64,000 nucleotides of DNA from Candidatus Sulfomarinibacteraceae bacterium (GTDB lineage Bacteria > Acidobacteriota > Thermoanaerobaculia > Thermoanaerobaculales > Sulfomarinibacteraceae): the NCBI GenBank assembly GCA_963796455.1, contig CAWCLO010000006.1, positions 229,765-293,764 of the forward strand. Reading direction: 5' to 3'. Position 1 is the stretch's first letter. Each line of letters starts with the position of its first letter. The notes beneath the pieces were generated by a model. The model made no database searches and was not told the origin of the DNA. It saw nothing but the letters and a program-made list of their open reading frames with translations. This document shows positions 19,445 to 29,203 of the stretch, one piece after another. The position numbers and the translations under genes are program-made.

Positions 19445-19484
19445 GTGTCCGCAATTAATCGGACAGGTGTTGCGTAGCGGACAC
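19445..19484 (+). promoter_or_regulatory. Candidate enhancer (UAS) for a bacterial enhancer-binding protein: nested inverted repeats
   Basis: GTGTCCGC (19445..19452), CGGACAG (19460..19466) and GCGGACAC (19477..19484). TGTCCG-N8-CGGACA is a perfect inverted repeat. The site lies about 50-90 nt upstream of the -24 element. Confidence 0.45.
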
Positions 19485-19535
19485 TTCGGATAGCGCCAAA
19501 GCCCGCAGCCAGGTGATTCCGAGCGACCACGTCAT

Positions 19536-19550
19536 TGGCACGACAATTGC
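19536..19550 (+). promoter_or_regulatory. Sigma-54 (-24/-12) promoter of the HlyD/ABC/FtsX efflux operon
   Basis: TGGCAC-gacaa-TTGC is a perfect match to TGGCAC-N5-TTGC. It lies directly upstream of the adaptor gene, so the TTG at 19535 in the ORF track cannot be the start. Confidence 0.7.
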
Positions 19551-19588
19551 GAATGACCATCTCGATGGTCATTCGAGACACCAACTCA

Positions 19589-20833
19589 ATGGATCGACCG
19601 GTCACTCGCCGGCCCAGACCGCGACTGATCTGGATCGCAGCGGGTGCCGCCGCAATCATCGGAGCCATTCTGGCCTGGCCAACGGTCGAGAGATGGTTCT
19701 CGGCGGACCGCTCGGTAGCCCGCAACCGGTTGCGCTTTGGCATCGCTGAGATCGGCAATCTGGAACACACTGTTGCGGTTGAGGGAAGGGTCGTTGCGGC
19801 GTCACGCCCCACCCTTTACAGCCCCGCCGACGGTATCGCATCGGTGCGGGTGGCCGAGGGCCAGAAGGTCGCAGCCGGCAGCATCCTGGCAGAAATCGAG
19901 AGCCCCGGGCTCGAGAGCCGACTCCGCCAGGAGCGAGCGACTGCCGATGCGTATGCTTCGGAAGGCAGCCGTCTCACCCTCGAAGCTCGTCAAGGCGATC
20001 TCGAGAACGAACAATCGGTCGAGCTTGGCGAGGTCCGGCAGGCCGCTGCAGCGCGTCTCGTGAAACGAAATGAGCATCTTTTCGACCTCGGCCTGGTCAA
20101 CCAGATCGATCTTGAAACCGCACGGGACAATCACAGAATCGCAACGCTCCAGTTGCAACAGGCGCGGCACCGGCTCGATCTCGAACGCGATATTCGGCGA
20201 TTCGAAAAGAATGACGCGTCCCACCGGTTGGAGCGCCAGCTCCTGATCGTCACCGAGCTCGAGCGTCAGGTAAAAGACCTGACAATGGTCGCTCCGTTCG
20301 ACGGGCTGGTAGCGACATTGTCGGTCGAGGACCGCGACGCGGTCGTTCGTGGCCGGGCGATGATCGGCGTAGTCGATCTGACCGACCTCGAGGTGGAGAT
20401 CGGAATCCCGGAGAACGCTGCCGACCAGGTGGCCCCGGGGGTTCCGGCGGCGATGACGATCGACGGGGTCGTCCACGTCGGAGTGATCACCCGCGTTGCT
20501 CCGGAAGTGCGCAACGGACAGGTGGTGGGACGGGTGACCTTCTCCGGCGGTGTTCCGCGCGGGCTTCGGCAGAACCAACGCGTCACAACCCGCCTCCTGC
20601 TCGACCGGCGTGAAAACGTCATGAAGGTCCCGCGGGGCCCGTTCCTGGAAAGCGGCGGTGGCCGCTCGGTTTACGTGGTGGAGGACGGACTGGCGCGCCG
20701 ACGTGACATCGAAGTCGGCGCGGTCAGTGTCGCAGAAGTTGAGGTTACCGCGGGTCTTCGTGAGGGCGACGAGATCGTGCTCTCTGACATGAGCCAGTTC
20801 GACGGCGCCGAAACCGTACTGATCAGGGATTGA
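19589..20833 (+). CDS. HlyD-family (MacA-like) periplasmic adaptor subunit
   Basis: MDRPVTRRPRPRLIWIAAGAAAIIGAILAW forms the N-terminal anchor, followed by lipoyl, coiled-coil and beta-barrel regions typical of HlyD. An alternative ATG at 19565 is possible. Confidence 0.85.
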   Translation: MDRPVTRRPRPRLIWIAAGAAAIIGAILAWPTVERWFSADRSVARNRLRFGIAEIGNLEHTVAVEGRVVAASRPTLYSPADGIASVRVAEGQKVAAGSILAEIESPGLESRLRQERATADAYASEGSRLTLEARQGDLENEQSVELGEVRQAAAARLVKRNEHLFDLGLVNQIDLETARDNHRIATLQLQQARHRLDLERDIRRFEKNDASHRLERQLLIVTELERQVKDLTMVAPFDGLVATLSVEDRDAVVRGRAMIGVVDLTDLEVEIGIPENAADQVAPGVPAAMTIDGVVHVGVITRVAPEVRNGQVVGRVTFSGGVPRGLRQNQRVTTRLLLDRRENVMKVPRGPFLESGGGRSVYVVEDGLARRRDIEVGAVSVAEVEVTAGLREGDEIVLSDMSQFDGAETVLIRD

Positions 20834-20848
20834 GAGAGGAGAGGGCGA

Positions 20849-21580
20849 ATGGCAATACTCGATATGCGGGAGGTCACCCGGGTCTACCGGACTGATCTCG
20901 TGGAGACAGTGGCTTTGAACAAGTTCACGGTGACGGTTGACGAGGGCGATTTTGTCTCGGTATCCGGCCCATCCGGCTCGGGTAAAACGACCTTCCTCAA
21001 TGTGGCCGGTTTGCTCGACACCTTCGATTCGGGCACCTACCTCCTCGATGGCGAGGACGTCAGCCGCTTGTCGGACCGGCAGCAATCGCGGATTCGGAAT
21101 CACAAGGTCGGTTTTATCTTCCAGACCTTCAATCTGATCCCAGACCTCAGCGCTTTTGACAACGTCGACGTCCCACTCCGGTACCAGGGGCTTCCGTCGC
21201 GCGAGCGCCGCATCCGGATCGAGTCGGCGCTGAACATGGTCGGGTTGTTCAACCGCAAGAGCCACCTGCCATCGCAGCTTTCCGGGGGTCAACAACAGCG
21301 CGTGGCGATCGCGCGCGCACTCGCCGGCCAGCCGCGAATAATTCTCGCCGACGAGCCAACCGGAAACCTCGACACCGCCACCGCCCGCGAAATCATGGAG
21401 CTCCTTGAATTGGTCAACCAGTCGGGCACAACCATCGTCATGGTGACCCACGATGCCGGTTGCGCCGCCTCCGCCAACCACCAAATCCACATTCTCGACG
21501 GGAGGCTCATCGACCTCAAAAAAGAATCCACGGCCGGTCTGGGAATGAGTCAACTGGCGGCCGTGCCATCGGCTGGATGA
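20849..21580 (+). CDS. ABC transporter ATP-binding protein (MacB/LolD type)
   Basis: Walker A GPSGSGKTT, signature LSGGQQQRVAIARAL and Walker B ILADEPTGNLD. Confidence 0.95.
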   Translation: MAILDMREVTRVYRTDLVETVALNKFTVTVDEGDFVSVSGPSGSGKTTFLNVAGLLDTFDSGTYLLDGEDVSRLSDRQQSRIRNHKVGFIFQTFNLIPDLSAFDNVDVPLRYQGLPSRERRIRIESALNMVGLFNRKSHLPSQLSGGQQQRVAIARALAGQPRIILADEPTGNLDTATAREIMELLELVNQSGTTIVMVTHDAGCAASANHQIHILDGRLIDLKKESTAGLGMSQLAAVPSAG

Positions 21581-21590
21581 AGGAGATGGT

Positions 21591-22922
21591 ATGAGCCTGT
21601 ACACCCTGCAGTTGGCATGGCGCAGCCTGCGCACGACGCCGTGGTTGTCGCTGGTGGCGGTGGTCGGTCTGGCAATCGGTATCGCGGTGCCCACGACTTT
21701 GATCAGCATTCGCCACGTGTTTGCACGCAACCCGATTCCGCATAAGAGCGATGTATTGTTCAACGTCCGGGTCGACAACTGGGACCCGAATTCTCAGTTC
21801 TTCGATATCAAACCGGGCGACCCCCCAAAACACATCACCTATCGCGACATGACGGGGATGATGGAGAGCGATATTCCGGCAGGCGAAACCGGCATTGCCT
21901 CGGCGACCGTGTTTGTTTTCCCCGCTCGCTCGTCTGAGCGGCCATATCAGGCAAGGGTGAGGCTCTGTCATTCCGACTTCTTTCAGATGTTCGACGTCCC
22001 GTTTCGTCACGGTTCCGGCTGGTCGCGGCAAGACGATCGCTCACTTGCCCGCGTCGTGGTGCTGAGTAGCGACACCAACCAACGTCTTTTCGGAGGCGAA
22101 GACAGCGTCGGCCGCACGGTACGTCTGGGCGCGCACGATTTCACCGTGATCGGGGTGCTCGGGAAATTCAGACCGCTCCCCCAGTATTACGACGTCATCA
22201 ACAATTCCATGGGCAACCCCCGAGACATCTTCGTGCCCTTCGACCTGGTTCTGGAGGAGGAGCTTGGCCTCAATCATTTCGGTGACACAGATTCCTGGGG
22301 AAACTCGGATTTTGGAAACCGTGTCGATTACGTCAAACAGGCTGAATTCACCTGGATTCAGTACTGGGTCGAGCTCGAGCCAGACAGCGTGGCTTCATAC
22401 CGCGACTGGGTCGACGCCTACGTCATGGAACAAAAACAACTCGACCGCTTCCCCAAACCCCTCAACAACCGCGTCACGCCGGTGATGGAGTGGCTCAGGG
22501 TGCGCGAAATGGTGCCGCAACAGATCAATGGCATCGTCGGCATCGGGATCCTGTTTCTGGTGGTTTGTTGCCTCAATCTGGTTGGATTGCTTTTGGCCAA
22601 GTTCCTCGCCCGCTCGGGAGTGCTCGGTGTCCACCGCGCGCTCGGTGCGTCGCGGGCTGCGGTTTTCCTGCAACGGCTGGTCGAATGCGTCCTGATCGGC
22701 GTGATCGGTGGAGTATTCGGGGCCTTTCTTGCCTCGCTGTCGATGCGGCTCATCAGCGCGTCGATTCCAGCTCGTATCGTGGCCAAAAACGTGCTAGTGG
22801 TCGACGGCTACGCACTGGCGGTCGCCTTGTGTCTGGCGATCGTCGCGGCGATCGCGGCCGGCCTCTACCCAGCCTGGCGGGCATGCCGAGTCGCCCCGGC
22901 GATCCAACTCAAGATCAACTGA
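21591..22922 (+). CDS. ABC transporter permease, FtsX/MacB-like with periplasmic domain
   Basis: 443 aa with an N-terminal TM, a large periplasmic domain and a C-terminal FtsX 3-TM module ending ACRVAPAIQLK. Confidence 0.85.
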   Translation: MSLYTLQLAWRSLRTTPWLSLVAVVGLAIGIAVPTTLISIRHVFARNPIPHKSDVLFNVRVDNWDPNSQFFDIKPGDPPKHITYRDMTGMMESDIPAGETGIASATVFVFPARSSERPYQARVRLCHSDFFQMFDVPFRHGSGWSRQDDRSLARVVVLSSDTNQRLFGGEDSVGRTVRLGAHDFTVIGVLGKFRPLPQYYDVINNSMGNPRDIFVPFDLVLEEELGLNHFGDTDSWGNSDFGNRVDYVKQAEFTWIQYWVELEPDSVASYRDWVDAYVMEQKQLDRFPKPLNNRVTPVMEWLRVREMVPQQINGIVGIGILFLVVCCLNLVGLLLAKFLARSGVLGVHRALGASRAAVFLQRLVECVLIGVIGGVFGAFLASLSMRLISASIPARIVAKNVLVVDGYALAVALCLAIVAAIAAGLYPAWRACRVAPAIQLKIN

Positions 22923-22938
22923 GAAAGGGAGTCCGACG

Positions 22939-24144
22939 ATGGGTCCGATCATCCGTTCATTGCTTCGAAACCGGGTCCGTACGGGATTGCTGGTGGCCGA
23001 AATCGCCGTGACCCTGGCCATCGTTCTCAACTGCCTCGGGTTGTTGCTCGAGCAGCGGCGCGAGCTGACCCGACCCACCGGAATCGATGAGGTTAACTTG
23101 GTGGCGGTCGAGATGCGGCCGTGGGATCCCGCCTACCGGGACGACTCGACGCGCTCGGGAATAGCCCGCGCCGACCTTGCTGCGCTGCGAGCGCTGCCGG
23201 GGGTCGCAGATGCTTCTGCGATAGGACCCTTTCCTCTTCAGGGCGGCGGCAGCTCCACCCAGGTGAAGGCCCTGGGCGCCGGGGACGAACTCAAAGTGCG
23301 GGCCCCGGTGTACTACGCCGACGAACGGATCATCTCCACCCTTGGCCTCGAGCTGGTGGCGGGCCGTGACTTTACTCCGGATGACGTACCGGTCGAGAGC
23401 GGGCCCGCGATCGTCAACATTATCGTCACCCAAGCCCTCGCCGATGCCGTCTTTCCTGATGGAGACGCTCTTGGCGGGAGCTTCGATACTGGAAGCGAGG
23501 AGTGGCCCGACGTCGTTGTCGGGATCGTCAACCAGATGCACACACCCTACGGTGGAGGTCCCATGGAGGACCAAATCATGATCTACCCGACCGCTCGCCA
23601 TAGCGCCAGCTTCATGTCCTACCTGGTGCGGGCCGAACCCGGACAGCTCGAAGGTTTGCTGCCGGTGATCGAGGACACCATTGTCGCCCAGGACGATCGT
23701 CGCGTCGTCACAGCCAAACCGCTGCTCGAGTACAAGGCGCGGGGCTCAGCCATGAGCATATTCTTTGCACAAATACTCTCCGTGATCATCGCGCTGCTGC
23801 TCGGAGTGACTGCCCTCGGAATTTTCGGCATGACCTCGTTTGCCATAACTCAGCGAACCCGCGAGATCGGCACCCGCCGGGCGCTCGGCGCGAACCGGCA
23901 GGAGGTGATCATCCACTTTCTGACCGAAAACGCTATCGTCGTCATCGTGGGCACGGGTCTCGGTCTGATCGGCGCCGTCGCACTCAACGCAGTACTGATG
24001 TCGGCTATGGATGCGAGTGCGCTGAGCCCGGTTCTTGCCGCAGCAGGTGTCTTGTTGCTGTGGGTGGTCGGATTTGTTGCCACCATCGCGCCGGCCGTGA
24101 AGGCTTCGCGACTGCAACCGGTGCTGGCCACCCGTTCGGTTTAA
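22939..24144 (+). CDS. ABC transporter permease, FtsX/MacB-like (second paralogue)
   Basis: 401 aa with the same architecture; contains TREIGTRRALGA and ends KASRLQPVLATRSV. Confidence 0.85.
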   Translation: MGPIIRSLLRNRVRTGLLVAEIAVTLAIVLNCLGLLLEQRRELTRPTGIDEVNLVAVEMRPWDPAYRDDSTRSGIARADLAALRALPGVADASAIGPFPLQGGGSSTQVKALGAGDELKVRAPVYYADERIISTLGLELVAGRDFTPDDVPVESGPAIVNIIVTQALADAVFPDGDALGGSFDTGSEEWPDVVVGIVNQMHTPYGGGPMEDQIMIYPTARHSASFMSYLVRAEPGQLEGLLPVIEDTIVAQDDRRVVTAKPLLEYKARGSAMSIFFAQILSVIIALLLGVTALGIFGMTSFAITQRTREIGTRRALGANRQEVIIHFLTENAIVVIVGTGLGLIGAVALNAVLMSAMDASALSPVLAAAGVLLLWVVGFVATIAPAVKASRLQPVLATRSV

Positions 24145-24227
24145 CGCGAGCGGTTGATGCATAGCCTCCGCAACAACGAACACCATCGACCGCAGACGAG
24201 GCGAAGAAAACCCGCTACCATCACAGA

Positions 24228-25640
24228 ATGAGCGCACCACAACAAGTCCTGATCGTCGAGGATCAGCCCCAGGTCGCCCGAGCCCTCGAGCTCGCCCTCG
24301 AGATCGAAGGCTTCGGCTCGATTTTGGCGACGCGGCCCGAAGAGGCGCTGACCCTCCTCGACCGCGAAACCGATGTCGCGCTCGTGATCCAGGACATGAA
24401 CTTTTCGCCAGGGCAGACCTCGGGGAAAGAGGGTGTGGAGCTGTTCCGGCGCATGCATCGGCTGCGGCCGGAGTTGCCGATCATACTGGTCACTGCTTGG
24501 GGCAGCCTCGAAGTGGCGGTGAGCCTGATGCAGGATGGCGCGGCGGACTATATCGAGAAACCGTGGAACGACGAGCGTCTGGCATCGAGCGTCCGGCGCC
24601 ACCTCCGGCTGGCCGTGCTCAAGGCCGAGCGGGGCCGAACCGGCGACGGCGCGAAGTGGCTTCGCGACGAGCTCTCAGCAAGTGCAGACCTTTGCGGATT
24701 GGTGTACGCCAGCGAGGAGATGCACGAGGTGGTTTCGCTCGCGGTCAAGGTCGCCCGCGCCGATGTGCCGGTGTTGATCACTGGACCCAACGGCGCCGGC
24801 AAAGAGCGGGTCGCCGACCTCATCCAGGCGAACTCGAGCCGCAGCGCGCGGCCGTGGATCAAGGTCAACGCCGCCGCACTGCCCGCGGAGCTGATCGAAG
24901 CTGAGCTTTTCGGCGCCGAGGCGGGAGCCTACACCGGGGCCTCGCGGAGCCGCGTCGGGCGATTCGAGGCTGCCGACGGCGGCACCCTGCTGCTTGACGA
25001 AATCGCAGAGCTGCCGCCACCAGGCCAAACCAAGTTGCTGCGGGTCCTGCAATCCGGCGAACTCGCACGGCTCGGCAGCTCGACCACCCGGCAGGTCGAT
25101 GTCAGGATCATCGCGGCCACCAACGCCGATCTGCAGCAGGCCCTCACTGAAGGCCGCATACGTGAGGACCTTCTTTATCGATTGAATGTGATCGAAATCG
25201 ACATCCCCTCCCTCGCCGAACGGGAGGCTGATATCGAGCCGCTGGCCCGCCACTTCCTGGCTCGATACGGGATCGAAAGCGGGCGGCCGGAGCTCGAGTT
25301 CGGTGAGGAGGCGATGCGAGCCCTCGAGGTCTACTCGTGGCCCGGCAACGTGCGCGAGCTCGAGAACCGGATTCGTCGCGCCTGCCTCGTGGCGGCGGGG
25401 GACGAGATTGACTCCGTCGACTTCGGTTTTGGCGATGAAACCGCCGAAGGCGCACCGAAATCTTCCGGACGGAGCAGCGAGCACGAGCGCATCGAGGCGG
25501 CCCTACGCTCGAGCGACGGTGTGGTCAGCCACGCCGCGAAATTGCTCGGAATCAGCCGGCAAGCCCTGTATCGCCGTATGGACCGGCTTGGAATTGTCAT
25601 CGAACGGCGGCCCGGCCCGGCACCCTCGGACGACCGGTGA
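24228..25640 (+). CDS. Sigma-54-dependent response regulator (NtrC family: REC + AAA+ + Fis-type HTH)
   Basis: REC domain (VLIVEDQ..., DLNFSPG), Walker A GPNGAGKE, the GAFTGA-type loop GAYTGA, and a C-terminal HTH AAKLLGISRQALYRRM. Confidence 0.95.
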   Translation: MSAPQQVLIVEDQPQVARALELALEIEGFGSILATRPEEALTLLDRETDVALVIQDMNFSPGQTSGKEGVELFRRMHRLRPELPIILVTAWGSLEVAVSLMQDGAADYIEKPWNDERLASSVRRHLRLAVLKAERGRTGDGAKWLRDELSASADLCGLVYASEEMHEVVSLAVKVARADVPVLITGPNGAGKERVADLIQANSSRSARPWIKVNAAALPAELIEAELFGAEAGAYTGASRSRVGRFEAADGGTLLLDEIAELPPPGQTKLLRVLQSGELARLGSSTTRQVDVRIIAATNADLQQALTEGRIREDLLYRLNVIEIDIPSLAEREADIEPLARHFLARYGIESGRPELEFGEEAMRALEVYSWPGNVRELENRIRRACLVAAGDEIDSVDFGFGDETAEGAPKSSGRSSEHERIEAALRSSDGVVSHAAKLLGISRQALYRRMDRLGIVIERRPGPAPSDDR

Positions 25641-26971
25641 CCGTTGGCCGCAGAGGGCGCTGGAGTGTCAGCGGTTTGGCCATGCTTTCGGCTGGCGCCG
25701 GGGTCGCGATGGGAGCCGGCATCGCCCTGTTGGCGCGATACCTTGGCTCCTCACTGTGGCTCGCCGCCGGGCTCGCAATCCTGATCGGCCTGCCGCTGGC
25801 GATGCTGCTCACGGCGCGGTTGTTTGCGCCCGTGGGCAAGGTGCTGAGCGCCCTCGAGGACGGCGTCGATGGCCTCCGCGGCGGCGATTTCAGCCTTCGT
25901 CTCGCGATCAATCGGACTGACGAGATCGGAAATTTGGTCGAGGTATACAACTCTCTCGGTGAACTGATGGGACGCGAGCGCCGCGACCTCCGCCAACGTG
26001 AGCTCATGCTCGCGTCGGTGCTCGAGGCGACGCCGACCTCGGTTCTGCTGGTCAACCCGGTCGACCGGGTCCTGGTGGCCAACCGGGCGGCGAGAAACCT
26101 ACTGGCCTCTGGCGGCCGGTTGGAAGGCCGGACCTTGGAGGAAGCCCTCGGTGACTGCCCACCGGATCTCCACCGCGAGCTTTCTGCGACGGGCGCCGGT
26201 GACGGCCTCGTAACGCTGCCCGCAGAGGACGGCCAGGAGACCCTGCAAGTGTCACGTCGTATCTATCAGCTCAATGCCCGCAACCACAGTCTGCTCATGG
26301 TGCGCCGGATGACGCCCGAATTGCGCCGGCACGAGGCTGCGGTGTGGAAGCGAGTGATCCGTGTCGTCGGTCACGAGATCAACAATTCGCTGGCGCCGAT
26401 CCGGTCGCTGATCGCGAGCGGCCGCAAGCTCGTTAACGGCGGTGATCCAAGCGGGCGGCTGCCCGAGATTCTCGACACGATCGACGCTTCGGCCCAGCGT
26501 TTGCATCGATTTGTTGATGGCTATCGAAGAATGGCACGGCTACCTGCGGCGAGACCCGAGAGCATTGAGATCTGTTCCTTTCTCAAAGATCTGCAACGGC
26601 TGGTCGCCTTCGAAATCCTTCGCCCGGACGGACCCATCACGGCAAGGCTCGACCCGTCGCAGATCCAGCAGGTCGTGCTCAACCTGGTCCGCAACGGGCG
26701 TGAAGCAGGTTCCGAAACCATCGAGGTCGCGGCGTACACCGAAGGCGCGGAACTCGTCCTCGAGGTCCGCGATCGCGGCGCGGGGATGGATGCGGATACT
26801 CTGGCGCAGGCCTTGGTGCCGTTCTGGACCACAAAGGCCGACGGCTCCGGTCTCGGCCTCGCCCTGTGCCGGGAGATCCTGGAGATTCACGACGGCACCC
26901 TGAGACTGAGATCGCGGGATGGCGGAGGCCTGGTCGTCACGTGCCGTCTCCCACTCGATTCCGCACTATAG
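25637..26971 (+). CDS. Sensor histidine kinase (TM/HAMP, PAS-like, HisKA, HATPase_c)
   Basis: The GTG start overlaps the regulator stop (GTGA). H-box VGHEINNSLAPI, N-box LVRNGREA and G-box DGSGLGLALCREI. Confidence 0.9.
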   Translation: MTVGRRGRWSVSGLAMLSAGAGVAMGAGIALLARYLGSSLWLAAGLAILIGLPLAMLLTARLFAPVGKVLSALEDGVDGLRGGDFSLRLAINRTDEIGNLVEVYNSLGELMGRERRDLRQRELMLASVLEATPTSVLLVNPVDRVLVANRAARNLLASGGRLEGRTLEEALGDCPPDLHRELSATGAGDGLVTLPAEDGQETLQVSRRIYQLNARNHSLLMVRRMTPELRRHEAAVWKRVIRVVGHEINNSLAPIRSLIASGRKLVNGGDPSGRLPEILDTIDASAQRLHRFVDGYRRMARLPAARPESIEICSFLKDLQRLVAFEILRPDGPITARLDPSQIQQVVLNLVRNGREAGSETIEVAAYTEGAELVLEVRDRGAGMDADTLAQALVPFWTTKADGSGLGLALCREILEIHDGTLRLRSRDGGGLVVTCRLPLDSAL

Positions 26972-27147
26972 AAATTCGTCCGCGGGAAGCGCCAGGAAAA
27001 AGGCGTCGCGTGGCGGCCGTTCACAGCTGTTGCGCATCGGAGCGTCCGCAGTATCACACGCGAGGATTTTCGATTTGCAGTATTCCCGAGCAAACGATCG
27101 ACCCGCTCCTTCGTATCTCTGTGTGACAATCTCCACAGGAGGGGCCC

Positions 27148-27627
27148 ATGCGTGAACGAATCGTGATCACCCTTATCGTCTCGTTGCTGACCGTCACACC
27201 CGGTCTCCTGAGGGTTTCTTTTGCCAGCGACGACGCCGATCTCGCGGAGGATCTGCGCGCCACCGAGGAGGCCTTCGCCCAGACCATGGCGGACCGCGAC
27301 CATGAAGCCTTCATCTCGTTCCTGGCGGAAGAAACCGTCTTCTTCGGGGGCAATGGAGAAATTCGCGGCAAAGCGGCCGTGGCAGCGGCGTGGAAACCAT
27401 ATTACGAGGGAAGCGTCGCGCCCTTCTCCTGGCAGCCGGAGAGCGCCACCGTCCTCGACTCGGGCAGCCTCGGGCTCACCTCGGGACCTGTCTTTGCACC
27501 CGACGGGACCCGAGTCGGCACCTTCAATTCCGTGTGGCGACGGGGTGGCGACGGCACCTGGAAGGTCGTCTTCGACCGCGGTTGCCCCGCCTGCGAGTGC
27601 CCGCCAACAAGCGCTTCTGCAAATTGA
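27148..27627 (+). CDS. Secreted DUF4440/SnoaL-like (NTF2-fold) protein
   Basis: AGGAGGGG RBS and a signal peptide, then EEAFAQTMADRDHEAFISFLAEETVFF...GTWKVVFDRG, typical of DUF4440. Confidence 0.75.
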   Translation: MRERIVITLIVSLLTVTPGLLRVSFASDDADLAEDLRATEEAFAQTMADRDHEAFISFLAEETVFFGGNGEIRGKAAVAAAWKPYYEGSVAPFSWQPESATVLDSGSLGLTSGPVFAPDGTRVGTFNSVWRRGGDGTWKVVFDRGCPACECPPTSASAN

Positions 27628-27680
27628 CCGCCTCCCGGTAAAGCCGAGGGAACCGAATGAGTCGAAGACGCAGAACCTGC

Positions 27681-28020
27681 CCTGAGCGAGCAAAGCGAGT
27701 CGAACGGGTCCTTCGACTCCGCGCCATTGCGCTTCGCTCAGGATGACATCTTGAACCCAATCGAGCGGCACCGGATGGTTTGCACCAACTGGTAATCCCG
27801 CGAGGTGCGACCAACCGGGGCCGATCCGAGCCGCGGAGCGGCGACATGTTTCAATGTGCCATCCGGAGCAAGTCGAAGAATCTGGCTGCGCGCGCCAACC
27901 GACCTGGTTTGCCACGGCAAACCGGAACTTTACAGGAGGCCATTAAACTCCCCTGAGGCCACTGCCGCTTCAAAATGTCATCCTGAGCGGAGCCCCGCCT
28001 GGGGCGTAGTCGAAGGATCT
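27681..28020. repeat. Cluster of family-1 REP/MITE-like repeats (head-to-head pair plus distal inverted partner)
   Basis: CTGAGCGAGCAAAGCGAGTCGAA (about 27683) faces TTCGACTCCGCGCCATTGCGCTTCGCTCAGGATGACAT (ends 27748). 27975..28020 reads ATGTCATCCTGAGCGGAGCCCCGCCTGGGGCGTAGTCGAAGGATCT. CCGAGCCGCGGAGCGGCGACAT at 27826..27847 resembles the 14854..14873 arm. Confidence 0.8.
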
Positions 28021-28046
28021 ATGTTTCGCCGCGAACTACCAGGGCG

Positions 28047-29072
28047 CTATGGATATCTGCCGGCGAACAACCCCGGCAAACCGCCCGTGTGCCAAAAAAT
28101 GACCGGGTCGCCCTCACCAAAATGCCCAGTAGCATGAAGATCCAATAAACCCGCAAAGGCCTTTCCTGTGTACGTCGGATCAAGCAGAACGCCGTCTGAC
28201 CGCGCCAGGCTCTCGATGGCGGCCGTGCCCTCGCTCGTAGGCACCGCGTAGCCCTGCCCGACGTAGGTGTTCTCGATCAGTGAAACGTCTCCCGGCCCGA
28301 CATCTTCAGACAAGCCGATCAACTCGAGAGCTTCGTTGGCCAGTCGAGCCACCAACTCCGGATAATTCGTCCAGATCTTCGCCACATCGATACCAACGAG
28401 CCGCAACGAAGATCCGATGGCATGCAGACCGGCCAGCAGACCGGCGAGAGTGCCACCCGAACCGGTCGCCACCACGATCCACGCATCGGCCACGCCCGCG
28501 GCGTGCGCCTGCTCCTCGATCTCGAGCGCCGCCCGGACATACCCGACCGAACCGAGCCCGTTCGAACCGCCAAGGGGCACGTGATAGTGATCGCCGACTC
28601 GGGCGAATGCCTCTTCGCGAACATAGGCATCGAGTTCTTCGAAGGTGCAGCCATCCGACGCGATGGGCCCCGGCGGAATGAAATAGACCTCGGCACCAAC
28701 GAGCCGATCAAGCAGAAGATTGCCACTGACTTTCTTAGGTTTTTTCCCAAACAGCAGAAGGTGCGGCTCGAGTCCGCATATTCGCGCCGCTGCGGCCGTC
28801 AACCTCGCATGATTCGACTGCGCCCCGCCCACGGTGACGACCTTCTTTGCACCCTGCTCGAGGGCCTCCGCCAGGAGGTACTCGAGCTTTCGGGTCTTGT
28901 TTCCGCCGGCAACCGGTCCCAGCGTGTCATCACGTTTGACAAAGACTCTGCGACCCAACTCACGGCTGATATTCTCGAGATAATCCAGCGGGGTCGGATA
29001 GGCACCGAGGCAACGCCGCGGCAGCCGCTCCAGTGCTCGGGCCAAGGCGAGATCTTGCATGGCAAACGACAC
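28047..29072 (-). CDS. PLP-dependent ACC deaminase / D-cysteine desulfhydrase-family protein
   Basis: YPTPLDYL..., KRDDTLGPVAGGNKTRKLEYLLAEA and TVGGAQSNHARLTAAAA match the family hallmarks. Confidence 0.9.
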   Translation of the reverse strand: MSFAMQDLALARALERLPRRCLGAYPTPLDYLENISRELGRRVFVKRDDTLGPVAGGNKTRKLEYLLAEALEQGAKKVVTVGGAQSNHARLTAAAARICGLEPHLLLFGKKPKKVSGNLLLDRLVGAEVYFIPPGPIASDGCTFEELDAYVREEAFARVGDHYHVPLGGSNGLGSVGYVRAALEIEEQAHAAGVADAWIVVATGSGGTLAGLLAGLHAIGSSLRLVGIDVAKIWTNYPELVARLANEALELIGLSEDVGPGDVSLIENTYVGQGYAVPTSEGTAAIESLARSDGVLLDPTYTGKAFAGLLDLHATGHFGEGDPVIFWHTGGLPGLFAGRYP

Positions 29073-29203
29073 TAGCAGATTCCGTCTCGTGAAGAACCAG
29101 GGTCAGGAAGTGTGCCACCCATGAAAATGGACTAAGATTCAAGGGTTCGCTAAAACGAAACCCCTGAATTTCCCGGGGGCGCGTCGAGAGAGGAGAGCCC
29201 AGA

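Noticed and set aside
17736-19454. 572-aa minus-strand ORF
   Set aside because: It is fully antisense to the DUF1846/UPF0371 gene, which has strong family motifs. This ORF has a Gly/Arg/Val-rich composition typical of antisense frames in GC-rich DNA.
19802-21778. 658-aa minus-strand ORF
   Set aside because: It is antisense to the HlyD adaptor and the ABC ATPase (Walker A/B and the signature motif are on the + strand). No motifs, and it spans an intergenic gap.
26887-27915. 342-aa minus-strand ORF
   Set aside because: It is antisense to the DUF4440 gene and then runs through family-1 repeat DNA. No RBS and no motifs.
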